DNA of 25,743 nt, from positions 1 through 25,743 of the forward strand of contig NJBI01000050.1 of NCBI GenBank assembly GCA_005222975.1. The letters run 5' to 3'. The position numbers and the translations under genes were made by a program. This document shows, piece after piece, positions 1 through 9,622 of this stretch. This DNA is from Promethearchaeota archaeon Loki_b31. Its GTDB lineage: Archaea; Asgardarchaeota; Lokiarchaeia; Sigyniarchaeales; SOKP01. The notes below the pieces were generated by a model. That model had not been told where the DNA came from. It worked only from the letters and a program-made list of their open reading frames with translations, and ran no database searches. How positions within the stretch are numbered: the first letter of the stretch is position 1; each line of letters starts with the position of its first letter.

Positions 1-2
1 CG

Positions 3-62
3 TCTTGTGGAGCTCAAAAATTCCCCGAACATCACGGTAAGCCGATGGAAATCATTGAATAA
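3..62 (+). CDS. 3' end of a small Cys/His metal-binding protein (partial, runs off the window start)
   Basis: Manual translation of frame 3 gives SCGAQKFPEHHGKPMEIIE* (TAA 60-62). The CG-x4-P-x-HH-x3-M pattern parallels CG-x6-P-x-CC-x3-M in the next ORF. Confidence 0.6.
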   Translation, partial: SCGAQKFPEHHGKPMEIIE

Positions 63-83
63 ACCAATCCGAAAAAAAGGTGA

Positions 84-272
84 ATGTATAAAATGGAAAA
101 AATGGAAATATACAAATGTAGTGGATGCGGAAAAGTAATTGAAACACTTCCTCAGTGTTGTGCCCAAGATATGGTTTTTAACGAAGAGAAAAACGAATTT
201 GAGTGTTTTATGGGCGAAGACTGTGGATATGTAAGCCTATCTGAACTAAAATGCGACGATTGTTGTAAATAA
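84..272 (+). CDS. Small Cys-rich metal-binding protein (desulforedoxin/Zn-ribbon-like)
   Basis: 62 aa with 9 Cys: YKCSGCG..PQCC..M, CFMGEDCG and CDDCC. The true start could be ATG 93 or 102. Confidence 0.7.
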   Translation: MYKMEKMEIYKCSGCGKVIETLPQCCAQDMVFNEEKNEFECFMGEDCGYVSLSELKCDDCCK

Positions 273-320
273 TAAAATCTTTATTAATTTTTTTTTCTAA
301 TTTTAAAAATATTCTATATT

Positions 321-1604
321 TTATTTCTTACCTATGTTGTTCTTTAATTTAATCCATATTTCTAATACTAAAAATATAATTAAACCAATCCCAGTTATCA
401 GTGCTCCTACGAGAAAAGCAGCCTGATATGCGAATACTTCCCCGAAACCCTCACCGATTAAAAAATCAATTAAAGGTCCTGAGATAATCGTACAAGACAA
501 TCCCCAGGAAAGAAAAAAGGTTGTATTATACATTCCAAACCATTTTGCTCTGATTCTTGAAGGTATTAAATCAGAAGCAATAGCATAAGACGATGCAAAA
601 ATAATAACTTCAGACATGCCTAATATAAAATTCCCCATAAATATAAAAGGTAAAGTTGTTGTCAGAGCAGTAATCGTCAAAGCGATAATTGCTAATATCA
701 CACCCAGTATAAGAGTACGAGAATGTCCAAATCTTCTGCTTAAAATACCTGCGATAAATCCAATCGTCAATACTGCTAACGAGCGAGCGTTAGCAATAAA
801 ACTTAGCATTAAGCTATCTACTCCAAAACCGCTTTCTAAAATTAGATACTGACTATAGATCGTTGCTATGGAATTGCGTCCGAAATTTATGAATATTAAC
901 GAAATTAGAAAGATTATAAAGATTACTTTGAAATTATCGTTTTTTGTTGGTTTATTATTAATATCTTCCTCTAATTTTTGCTCAAAATGTGTTCCTCCTT
1001 CTGGTGTAAATAACATTGGAATGGTAGACGCAAGCATAACAAGTGAAGCTACAAAAAACAAAGGTCCATCTCGAAATCCAAAACCACTATTATAGAGTAT
1101 TCCTCCTATAGAAATTCCAATTATGCGACCAAATCCACCAACACTAGTCAATTGACCCATGACTTTGCTTCTTTCTACAGAAGGATAAATGTCACTAATG
1201 AGAGCACTCCAACTAATATTTGACATCGACCAAAACGCTTCGATACACATTAAGCCAAAAATAATAACATATCCAGCAACAATTAAATTCGAAAATATTG
1301 AGTGTATAAACCAAACCAGCGTAGTACCTACTCCTGCTAAAACCTCACCTAAAATGATGAATGTTCTTCGCTTTTGAAATTTATCGCTTAAAGGCCCCCA
1401 AACAAAATTTTGAAAAATCACGCTCATTATCATTGGAAGTGTAGCGTATAAAGTCGTTTCAGTAACGGATAAATGTAAGAAATCTCTTAAATAAATTGAT
1501 AAGTAAGTATAAAACAACCCTCTTCTAAACATTGCGAGTAACTGAAAAGAGGATAAACCGATGAATGTTTTTCTCAACGAATATCTTTTGTTTTTGATCG
1601 TCAT
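321..1604 (-). CDS. Major facilitator superfamily (MFS) transporter
   Basis: 427 aa with about 12 hydrophobic segments. MFS motif A-like GPLSDKFQKRR and a second-half copy GILSRRFGHSR are present, as are SDIYPSVERSK and SDLIPSRIRAK. Confidence 0.92.
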   Translation of the reverse strand: MTIKNKRYSLRKTFIGLSSFQLLAMFRRGLFYTYLSIYLRDFLHLSVTETTLYATLPMIMSVIFQNFVWGPLSDKFQKRRTFIILGEVLAGVGTTLVWFIHSIFSNLIVAGYVIIFGLMCIEAFWSMSNISWSALISDIYPSVERSKVMGQLTSVGGFGRIIGISIGGILYNSGFGFRDGPLFFVASLVMLASTIPMLFTPEGGTHFEQKLEEDINNKPTKNDNFKVIFIIFLISLIFINFGRNSIATIYSQYLILESGFGVDSLMLSFIANARSLAVLTIGFIAGILSRRFGHSRTLILGVILAIIALTITALTTTLPFIFMGNFILGMSEVIIFASSYAIASDLIPSRIRAKWFGMYNTTFFLSWGLSCTIISGPLIDFLIGEGFGEVFAYQAAFLVGALITGIGLIIFLVLEIWIKLKNNIGKK

Positions 1605-1662
1605 TTTAACTCGAATTAGTTCATATATAGATTGTCAAAATTAAAAACAAAATGTACATGAT

Positions 1663-3996
1663 CTATTTAGCTTTAGATTCAATACTAAATACAACTATAT
1701 CCTTTTTAGGAAAAATTTTGATAACTTTTGGCAAATCTTCTCCTAGCCTTACTCTTTCTACTACTGCTACATATAAAGGGTAATAATTATTCAGAATTTT
1801 ATATAGCGTGTTCCAAACTTGTTGCTCTTCCGTTTTATTACCAATTTCTTTCCTAAGCTTAGAAAAAATAGCTCTTGCTTTCTTTCTTTTTAGAAATTTC
1901 ATGTAATTCTTTATTACCTTAATTCTAACTTTTTTGTATTCCTCAGGTCTGAAATTTGCAAGTGAATAACTTAAATCGTCGTCTGCGACTGGGAAAAAGC
2001 TAACTTTTTTATCCTCTGGTTCTTCTGGATTTTCAATTAAAATTAATTCTAAATCTGATTCGTTAATACTCTCTAAAATTGGATAGAGTTCACCTGGAGA
2101 GATACGGGTTTCCATTTGAACTTGAGAAGCAATTTCTGATATACTAAAATGGAAATCCGGATACTTCTCTTCGTTTTCAATTCGGTATGAATATTCTTTT
2201 TTTAAAATATCCATAATTAATTTTTTTAAAGAAGTAGGGATTTCTTTTTTAGTGAAAGAAATCATGGTTTCTTTTTGTTTTTGCCCAAAAAGCATCTCAT
2301 CTTTTTGCTTCTTGCTAAAATCTGTGGAAAGAGAAGTTAGAAATTGATCCGAAGCTTTATCATTATTGTTAATAGTGCCTAAATTAAGATGGCTGCGTTT
2401 CTTCTTAGTCATAGTGGTATAGAGTCTTTCTGATAGATACTTTTTTGCTTTTTTTTGAGCGATTCCTTTTTTATCGTAACTTTCTATAACGGAGGTAAAA
2501 TCTATCATCTTTACCATAGTCCCATAATCATCTTTCTTTTCAGTTAAAGTAATGTCTATGTCAATTTTTGCCAAATTCTCAACTAATGAGTAAATTTTGT
2601 TTTTTGGAAGTTTGGTTGCTCTAATTAACTCCCGATCTAAAATTTCAAGAGGATAAGCTTTAGCTCTTCTTATGTATTCGCTTCTTATCAATTGATAGAT
2701 GATGTCCATGCTTTTTTCTTCTTGGTTAACGGTTTCTTTATGTAGGCGAATGAACATAGATGTTTCGTGTGGTTTTAAATAGTAAAATAACAATGTACTT
2801 CCAAGGAAAATTATCATTATTAAAGAAACAATGTATTTATCAGCCATAAAGAACTGACCAAGAAGTGTAATCTCTTGATTTGGAATTTGCGTTTGTAGAG
2901 CAAAACGCGTTAGAGTTTGAGCAAAAACACACCCTAAAATTAATAAAATCAGCCCATCTCTTTTAAACATAAGAAATCTCCATTCTAAAGAACGCCCCAA
3001 TTTTTTTACAATTCTATATAAGAAGTACATTGAAAAGGCAAATTCAATAATAATAATAAACCATATTGTTGAGCTTGTGTCCCCAACTGTAGCCTTTAGT
3101 GCGGTGATAGTGGCTGGGTTTAACACAAGAAACATAGTTAATTGAAATACTTGAAAGAAAAAAATGAATAAAACAATTAAAGAAAAAGTATAGTTGTCAA
3201 ATAAACCGGCTCTTCTTGTTTCAGCTCGTCGTCTTGTAAAAACATACTCAAAAATGATAAACATTAGCGTTAATATTAAACTAAAATAAATTAAAGGCAT
3301 GATTAATCGCATTTCTAATTCATAAACACCTACTGCTTCATGAGGAGCATGCGGTCCAAAAAAATCTAAGGATATGAAAACTAATAATCTACGGTAAAAC
3401 AATGATACTACAACAAGCACTCCTAATATTAAATACGGGGCGATAAAAGCCAAAAATCCACGAAATGCTGAATATTTTGTTATGAGTCTAGCTTCTATTT
3501 TTGTAGCAAACTTCCTTGAATACATAAAAAACCTAATACTTAATAGAACAAGCCAGACTGTTGATAATCCTAATAAATAGCTTATAAAGTTAAGATTTAT
3601 TGAATATATAAATAAAGAAATTAAATAGATACCAGTTATCATTATGATATATAAAACAACCTGTTTAATTGCTGTATACTTCTCAAAAATGAAAACTCTA
3701 ATTTTATCGACACTGTATAATAAAGACAACGCAAGGAAAAAAACTACCAATGCATTACTAAAAACAAACGGGTTTCCAAATGTAAGGATGTTTAGATAAG
3801 GCCCCGGAAAATTTATCCCAAATAAAATTAATAACGAATATAATACAAATATCGCATATAATCCAAAGAATTTTCTCTTAAAACAGTACGATTTTTGAGG
3901 TTCCTTTCCCTCAACATATAATTCGTGAATAAAAATTTTTCGAATAATATGTTGTAAACTATCCTTAATTTTTGTTATTATTTCTATAGGTTTCAT
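1663..3996 (-). CDS. Uncharacterised polytopic membrane protein with a large soluble C-terminal region containing two related helical (winged-helix-like) repeats
   Basis: Long ORF. ATG 3996 is preferred over the track's TTG at 4032. About 10-11 hydrophobic segments occupy the first ~420 aa, followed by a charged tail with an internal repeat. Confidence 0.8.
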   Translation of the reverse strand: MKPIEIITKIKDSLQHIIRKIFIHELYVEGKEPQKSYCFKRKFFGLYAIFVLYSLLILFGINFPGPYLNILTFGNPFVFSNALVVFFLALSLLYSVDKIRVFIFEKYTAIKQVVLYIIMITGIYLISLFIYSINLNFISYLLGLSTVWLVLLSIRFFMYSRKFATKIEARLITKYSAFRGFLAFIAPYLILGVLVVVSLFYRRLLVFISLDFFGPHAPHEAVGVYELEMRLIMPLIYFSLILTLMFIIFEYVFTRRRAETRRAGLFDNYTFSLIVLFIFFFQVFQLTMFLVLNPATITALKATVGDTSSTIWFIIIIEFAFSMYFLYRIVKKLGRSLEWRFLMFKRDGLILLILGCVFAQTLTRFALQTQIPNQEITLLGQFFMADKYIVSLIMIIFLGSTLLFYYLKPHETSMFIRLHKETVNQEEKSMDIIYQLIRSEYIRRAKAYPLEILDRELIRATKLPKNKIYSLVENLAKIDIDITLTEKKDDYGTMVKMIDFTSVIESYDKKGIAQKKAKKYLSERLYTTMTKKKRSHLNLGTINNNDKASDQFLTSLSTDFSKKQKDEMLFGQKQKETMISFTKKEIPTSLKKLIMDILKKEYSYRIENEEKYPDFHFSISEIASQVQMETRISPGELYPILESINESDLELILIENPEEPEDKKVSFFPVADDDLSYSLANFRPEEYKKVRIKVIKNYMKFLKRKKARAIFSKLRKEIGNKTEEQQVWNTLYKILNNYYPLYVAVVERVRLGEDLPKVIKIFPKKDIVVFSIESKAK

Positions 3997-4142
3997 TTTC
4001 AGACTATAGGTCAGATTATTGTAGAGGATCAAAAAAAATGATTATTTTTTTAAATGAATTAAAATAAATAAAACAAACCAAATTGCATATCACATGTTAT
4101 TTTATTGCTGAAAATTTTAAAAGGTTACAAAAATATAATATA

Positions 4143-4421
4143 ATGTATATGGAAAATCAACCAGACAAAGAAACGTTAATAAAGCTTGTTAAGCAAGCTA
4201 TTGAAATGTTGTGCGAAAAAAACATTTCTAGTGTAGTTATTCTATCTTCTTATAAAGTAAATTCCATTTTAAAAGATAATTTTGCGATAGATATTAAAGT
4301 AGATAGAATTGGACGAGTGTTAAGCAATGTAGCGAAAAGAAATCAGTTAAAACGTTTATCCACGAATATCCCGAAATATCAATTGCAAATATCGAAAGTT
4401 TCCAGCCTTAAGTATTTTTAG
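4143..4421 (+). CDS. Small basic hypothetical protein, possibly winged-helix-like
   Basis: ORF divergent from the membrane protein gene. ATG 4143 or 4149 is more plausible than TTG 4083. The pattern SSYKVNSIL..KVDRIGRVLSNVAK..PKYQL suggests three helices then a strand; the fold is inference only. Confidence 0.6.
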   Translation: MYMENQPDKETLIKLVKQAIEMLCEKNISSVVILSSYKVNSILKDNFAIDIKVDRIGRVLSNVAKRNQLKRLSTNIPKYQLQISKVSSLKYF

Positions 4422-4447
4422 TAGTCTATTTTAAGAAATAAAAAGAA

Positions 4448-5830
4448 TTATTTTTTAATATTACGAAAATCAGGAATTATCTTTTGTAATCTCTCAATAA
4501 ATGTTTCAAATTCGTCAAAATTCTCTTTGAATGGTTCGAGTTCCGAGATTAATTTATCGTAGTTAGTAGATAGATTTGTTTCGAAAGGGTGGTTTATCGC
4601 ACTTATCCCTTTCAACATATCAATCGAAAGATTTTGGATTTGTTCCGTCAAACTTGAAATTTCTTTAGTTGAATTTTCAATTCTTTCTTTTATCTTCGCA
4701 TCTAGCATCGAAATCTCGTATAATTTATTAATTGTCTCGTTGAGATCTTTTTTAATCGACTTAGTGATATAATCAATACTCTGCTCTAAGTGTTTGTTTA
4801 TTTCGCTCGTTAAGATTTCTTTAATTTCGCTTGTATTAGCTTTCAAATCTTCTTGTCCTGGAAGGCGTTTATTTACATATCCTTCTACTTTTTCTTTATA
4901 TTCGTTAATCCTTTCTTTAAACTTCGTTTCTATCCATTTCTCTACTCTTTCAAAGCCATTATCTATTGTTAAATTCATTTGTGCTAACGAATCACTAATT
5001 TTATTTAGACCTTTTAACGCACCGTCGTTAAATTCAGACGACCAAGTTTCTAATTCCGATTTGTAATCATTTAAAACTAAGTTCGAAAAATTTTGTAATC
5101 CTTTTTTAAAACCATCTACAACTGGATTAATGTCTTGGTATTCTAAATCGATTTCCATTTCCAATTGTTCCGTGGACATTGGAATTTCTTGAAGGTCGCG
5201 CGGAACTTGTTCTCTTAATTCTAATCTTTCCTTAATTATTATAGGGTTTTTTATTTGTCCATATTCAACGAATTTTTGAACCCATTTGTAAAAATCTAAA
5301 GAGTTTGGCACCTCTATTTCGTATTTAACTTTTATATAATCGCTCTTATCTCCTTTTGAGTGATCTTTTAATCGAAAAACTTCTAAACCAAAATTATCTG
5401 ATTTTTTCAGTTTGGAATGGTCGAAAACAATTCCAAATCCATATTGGAATTTATCGTTCTGAAAATAAAGGTGATTTTTTTTATCAACATCAGCAAAGAA
5501 AAGCGTTTCAGCCTCAGGATGAGAGTGATACCATCCTACTACTGAAAGATTATCGCTTGAAGCTTCTTCTTGGATTTGGATAAGTGAATTGTGAATCTTT
5601 TCAGAAAAACCTAATTCTACTTCATCTCCATGCGTGATTGGAATAATCTTTGTTATGGTAATGTCATCGTTATCAGGGTTCTTTTTTCCAATGCAAAATC
5701 CAAGAACCTGTTCGTTATATTCTAGTACAACATTAGCGAATCTTAATACATGGGTAAACATGTCTTTAAAAGGGGTCATTTTAATGAAAACTCTACCTTT
5801 CTCGCTAATTTCTCGATTGTTATCTGTCAT
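4448..5830 (-). CDS. MPN/JAMM-domain protein with degenerate catalytic motif and long C-terminal helical/coiled-coil region
   Basis: Contains HVLRF..EQVLGFCIG..IPITHG..VGWYHSHPEAETLFFADVD. The catalytic Glu position reads Q and the motif Ser reads A. A GGAGG RBS-like sequence lies just upstream, in the end of the previous gene. Confidence 0.85.
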   Translation of the reverse strand: MTDNNREISEKGRVFIKMTPFKDMFTHVLRFANVVLEYNEQVLGFCIGKKNPDNDDITITKIIPITHGDEVELGFSEKIHNSLIQIQEEASSDNLSVVGWYHSHPEAETLFFADVDKKNHLYFQNDKFQYGFGIVFDHSKLKKSDNFGLEVFRLKDHSKGDKSDYIKVKYEIEVPNSLDFYKWVQKFVEYGQIKNPIIIKERLELREQVPRDLQEIPMSTEQLEMEIDLEYQDINPVVDGFKKGLQNFSNLVLNDYKSELETWSSEFNDGALKGLNKISDSLAQMNLTIDNGFERVEKWIETKFKERINEYKEKVEGYVNKRLPGQEDLKANTSEIKEILTSEINKHLEQSIDYITKSIKKDLNETINKLYEISMLDAKIKERIENSTKEISSLTEQIQNLSIDMLKGISAINHPFETNLSTNYDKLISELEPFKENFDEFETFIERLQKIIPDFRNIKK

Positions 5831-5832
5831 CT

Positions 5833-7287
5833 TTATTTGTTACCTCCTTGTTCTAGCTTCTTGATTTTTAATAATAGTTGTTTTTTTTCAGATTCTAATT
5901 TATCAATTTTCTCTAAAATAGGAGCTTTTGTGCCCTCCAAAATCAAAACAGCGGCTTTAAAATTTGTTAAGAATTTTTGCGACTTTTTATTAAGGTTGTT
6001 AAGGTTATTTAATATTATATTGTGTTTCTTTGAGGTCACATTGTAAGTTTCTTTTTGCATTGCTTTTATCTTATCAAGAGTAGCATTTTTTATTGATTTT
6101 ATTTGTTCAGATAAGGAAATTAATGAATTTTCTAATTTTTCTAAATTATCAAGATTAACAGACACGCTACCATTATAATCTATCAATTTTTTCTGGCAGT
6201 CATCAAAATCTCTCGAGAAATCATTTATTAATCCTTCGAACTTATCTTTAAATAGCGTATTAACTTTTTCTTTAACGATATCATTTATCTCTTTTAGTAA
6301 TTCGGCAATTTCTTCTTGATATCCGTCAATTTGGTCAAGAAAATCGTCAACATACCCTTCTGCTTTGAATAACTCCGAATTTAAATCGTCTTTGTATTTC
6401 CTTTGTATTTTATCAATTCCCGCGTTTATCCTATCTTTTAAAAGAGTTAAATCTTTTCTAATTTTTATATTATTACCTTCTATATTTGCTGAAATATTTA
6501 CGCTAAGAGAATTAAGGAAATTAATTAAAGGAGTTAACGATAAATCCAAAAAATTAGCGAGTCCTACTTGGAAAGAATCAATTATTTTGCGCTGATTTAT
6601 CTCTGGCTGTTTAAACTGTAATTGGCTAAGCTCAGGAACTTTTACATCTCCAAATATATCCACCGTTTCATTTTCTTCAGTTATGGGGGGTTCTCTCGAG
6701 TGTACATTATTAATTAATTCTATAATTTTAAAGTAATATTCAAAATTATCTGGTGTCTCAACGATTGTCTTAACTTGGTGAAAATTTGAATCTCGAATGT
6801 TTGATGGATTAGTTAATCGAATTGCTCTAAATCCAGGATCGTCGGGGCTATCTAAATAAGCATGATCAAAAACTAGCGCGATTCCACTAGGATTCAATTC
6901 GTTTTGCCAACCAAACTGGTTTTTAACATCTGTAGGTGAAAAGAAAATTTTATGCTGGAACAAATTGGGATGTGAATGATACCACCCAACCATGAACCAG
7001 TTCTTTTCCAAGTACAAGGAATTCGCTTTTTCAAAAAATATATAATCGTTAATCGAGAATTCTACTTCTACGCTGCTCCCGTGAGAAATTGGTATGGCAT
7101 CCTCAATAATGACATTCTTAAATTTTTTATCTTCGCCATCTTCAAGGTGTCCAATAAGTACTCCCATTACTTCGATACATTGAGAATTATTTTTAGCCCT
7201 ATTTCCAAAACGTAAGACGTGTAATATCATCTTATAATACGCGAGAGATTTGATCTTTACTACGCTGTTATCCACATCTTTCCCCAT
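5833..7287 (-). CDS. MPN+/JAMM metalloprotease-domain protein with long C-terminal helical/coiled-coil region
   Basis: Contains HVLRFG..IEVMGVLIG..AIPISHG..VGWYHSHPNLFQHKIFFSPTD. E, HxH, S and D are all present, with a longer H-to-S spacing (10 vs 7). Start is ATG 7287 (TTG 7293 in the track). Confidence 0.88.
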   Translation of the reverse strand: MGKDVDNSVVKIKSLAYYKMILHVLRFGNRAKNNSQCIEVMGVLIGHLEDGEDKKFKNVIIEDAIPISHGSSVEVEFSINDYIFFEKANSLYLEKNWFMVGWYHSHPNLFQHKIFFSPTDVKNQFGWQNELNPSGIALVFDHAYLDSPDDPGFRAIRLTNPSNIRDSNFHQVKTIVETPDNFEYYFKIIELINNVHSREPPITEENETVDIFGDVKVPELSQLQFKQPEINQRKIIDSFQVGLANFLDLSLTPLINFLNSLSVNISANIEGNNIKIRKDLTLLKDRINAGIDKIQRKYKDDLNSELFKAEGYVDDFLDQIDGYQEEIAELLKEINDIVKEKVNTLFKDKFEGLINDFSRDFDDCQKKLIDYNGSVSVNLDNLEKLENSLISLSEQIKSIKNATLDKIKAMQKETYNVTSKKHNIILNNLNNLNKKSQKFLTNFKAAVLILEGTKAPILEKIDKLESEKKQLLLKIKKLEQGGNK

Positions 7288-7512
7288 TTTCAATCACTTT
7301 AATTTTTAAATATAGATATACAAAATATTTTTGTTATATTTATACTTTGAACCATTTAAATTTTAAACACTTAATATAAAATATAATTTTATATCTTTTT
7401 TATTGATATTTGAAAATTTAAAAAATTAAGTACAGATATTTCAAAAAAGTAGTATTAAAATGTAAATTAAGAAGGAGTTATAATAAGGAAATAAAAAATT
7501 AAATCAAATTTT

Positions 7513-8157
7513 CTAATGCGGTAAAGGTTTTCCGCAGTAGGGACAGAATTTCCAATCCAAGTCTTTTCCACAATGAGGGCAAAATGTAGAAGCTGAGCCT
7601 CCTTCTCCTTTTGGAATCGCAGGCAACTCTCTTGTAGTTCTCAAAGAAGATGGAGCAGTACCAATCGCTTGCGCCCTTTTTTCTTCCTTTATTATCCTCA
7701 TTCTCTCTTGGAAAGCTTGGCGCTTTTCTTCTTCTAGTTCTTGGATCGACTTCATACCCTCCTCTTTAACCCACCCTGTTACTTTAGGTCTTTTTAATTC
7801 GCTTTCAGGAACTTTTTCTAACTCTACTTTTTTAGTTTCCGAAATTGGGGCAAAAGTTTTTTTTTGTTCTTTTTTCTCAATAGCTTGCTTTACCAAAGCT
7901 TGGGTGGTTTTCATGACTTGATGAGGATTTATATTTGGGATTGCTACCGTTCGCAAAGCCCAGCCGACTATAAGATTTTGGTTAGGAATACCAGATTCAC
8001 TTATATCTTCATCCTTAAAAACATATGAGTCAATAACAGACTTTCCTTTTAGCAAACGAGTTGCAAACTTGCCGTTTATAAGCCCTAATTGGATTCTATA
8101 CGACGTTCCTGAGATCCCCAGCTGACTCGACAACGGTTGAAATCCTTTCTCTGCCAT
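7513..8157 (-). CDS. Hypothetical protein with C-terminal zinc ribbon
   Basis: C-terminal FCPHCG-x6-FCPYCG, with a charged helical middle region. Start is ATG 8157 (TTG 8166 in the track). Confidence 0.82.
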   Translation of the reverse strand: MAEKGFQPLSSQLGISGTSYRIQLGLINGKFATRLLKGKSVIDSYVFKDEDISESGIPNQNLIVGWALRTVAIPNINPHQVMKTTQALVKQAIEKKEQKKTFAPISETKKVELEKVPESELKRPKVTGWVKEEGMKSIQELEEEKRQAFQERMRIIKEEKRAQAIGTAPSSLRTTRELPAIPKGEGGSASTFCPHCGKDLDWKFCPYCGKPLPH

Positions 8158-8394
8158 TTTAATCAACTATCCTTTACTATACAATTTTAATTAGTTGGAA
8201 TTGCAGTTAATTTAATTAAAAGTAATAATATAATCATAAATTTTGAATTTAAATAATTTTATATTCATCTCAAAAATAATTAGTATTTGTGGGGGTTTGA
8301 TTTTTTTATAATAAAAAAATTTCTTCAAAAAATAACACATAAATACACGTAATAGTATAAGGTTTACAAAAAATAATATATTTATAATTAAAAT

Positions 8395-9345
8395 ATGACA
8401 GTTTTTATCCCTAAAGATGTTTATTTAACTATAGTGGCTGCTTGCGTGAGACAGGCTAATAGACGCATTGATAAAGACGATTGGCTTGAAGTTTCAGGTA
8501 TTTTTATAGGAAAAAACGAAGGAAATGATGTCCTTATTACAAAAACTTATCCTATAATGCATCAAGAATTAGATAAAGACGCTGTTATCGATCAATATAA
8601 GTGGAGCGACGAAGATTATGAAGCACTATATATTATAGACGACGAAGCGTTTTCGAGGAACGAATTCACAGTAGGTTGGTGGCATTCTCATCCAGGATTC
8701 AAAATCATGATGAGCCACATAGATATCAAAACGACATTGAGCTATCAAACCAATAATCCGCTCGCAATATCGCTCGTGTTTAATCCTGATAGGTTAATAA
8801 GACAAATAGAGCTTCCTAATAAAAAAGGGGATCCGGTGAAACAGCTGAAAAACGATCCCGGTTTTAAGATATTTAGGTTAGACGATGTTACCAAAGGAAT
8901 ACAAGCATCGTATCATACTACAGATTACAAAATTGCGGGATATGAAAGCATGGAGCATTTGGTCGTATTAACACAGAAATTCGTAATCGACATTACTAAT
9001 ATGTTCCCTAAAGACAGCATATTTGAAACATACGATAAGTTCGTAACCGATAGGATTAACGAACTTAATTCTTTATTGCAAGGAACGGAAGAGTATTTAA
9101 TTACATTAATTAGAAAGGGGGAATCAAGTAGAGTACAAGAAGTTTTAAACGTTCAAACTCGAGATATTCGCAAATTTGTGGCTGAAACTTTTATAAAAAT
9201 TGAAAATATCAAGGAATTCACGAATTATTTGGAGTATAAAGAAAGAGAAAGTATTATTCCGAAAATAAAAGAAATATTATCTAAATGGGACGAAACTGTT
9301 GAAAAATTAGGCGTAAAATTGGCAGAAATTGCTAACAAATTCTAA
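8395..9345 (+). CDS. Rpn11/CSN5-like JAMM (MPN+) metalloprotease
   Basis: LEVSGIFIG plus a canonical HxH-x7-S-x2-D motif (VGWWHSHPGFKIMMSHID), followed by SYQ..AISLVFNP and a helical C-terminus. Confidence 0.9.
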   Translation: MTVFIPKDVYLTIVAACVRQANRRIDKDDWLEVSGIFIGKNEGNDVLITKTYPIMHQELDKDAVIDQYKWSDEDYEALYIIDDEAFSRNEFTVGWWHSHPGFKIMMSHIDIKTTLSYQTNNPLAISLVFNPDRLIRQIELPNKKGDPVKQLKNDPGFKIFRLDDVTKGIQASYHTTDYKIAGYESMEHLVVLTQKFVIDITNMFPKDSIFETYDKFVTDRINELNSLLQGTEEYLITLIRKGESSRVQEVLNVQTRDIRKFVAETFIKIENIKEFTNYLEYKERESIIPKIKEILSKWDETVEKLGVKLAEIANKF

Positions 9346-9451
9346 GATTCTTAAATTAATAGAGTTTATCATTACAATAGTATTAAATTTTTAATCAGAA
9401 AATAAGAAGGCTCTCTTTTTTTAAGTACAAGACTCTAACATTTTATATATA

Positions 9452-9622
9452 ATGACAGAAGTACAGCTTAAAGGCGAAAGATGTCCTGTTTGTAATGTTG
9501 AGATTGGTTGGAGTCAATTACCAGAACCCAACAAATTTAGAGGCAAGTGTCCTAATTGTGGTATGGGTTTCACATTTATGAATGGAACTATCTTTAGCGA
9601 CCCAAAATTTTCAAAAAAGTAA
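9452..9622 (+). CDS. Small zinc-ribbon protein (56 aa; absent from the ORF track)
   Basis: Manual translation: MTEVQLKGERCPVCNVEIGWSQLPEPNKFRGKCPNCGMGFTFMNGTIFSDPKFSKK*. It has CPxC and CPxCG knuckles. Confidence 0.8.
   Translation: MTEVQLKGERCPVCNVEIGWSQLPEPNKFRGKCPNCGMGFTFMNGTIFSDPKFSKK

Noticed and set aside
616-1377. Short + strand ORFs 616..852, 868..1095 and 1189..1377
   Set aside because: Antisense shadows of the MFS gene with no motifs.
4794-7215. Short + strand ORFs within the two MPN genes
   Set aside because: Antisense shadows of long, motif-bearing genes.
7294-8394. AT-rich spacers 7294-7512 and 8167-8394 as ncRNA or origin
   Set aside because: No stable structure or repeated boxes were seen; they are compatible with ordinary promoter/terminator regions.
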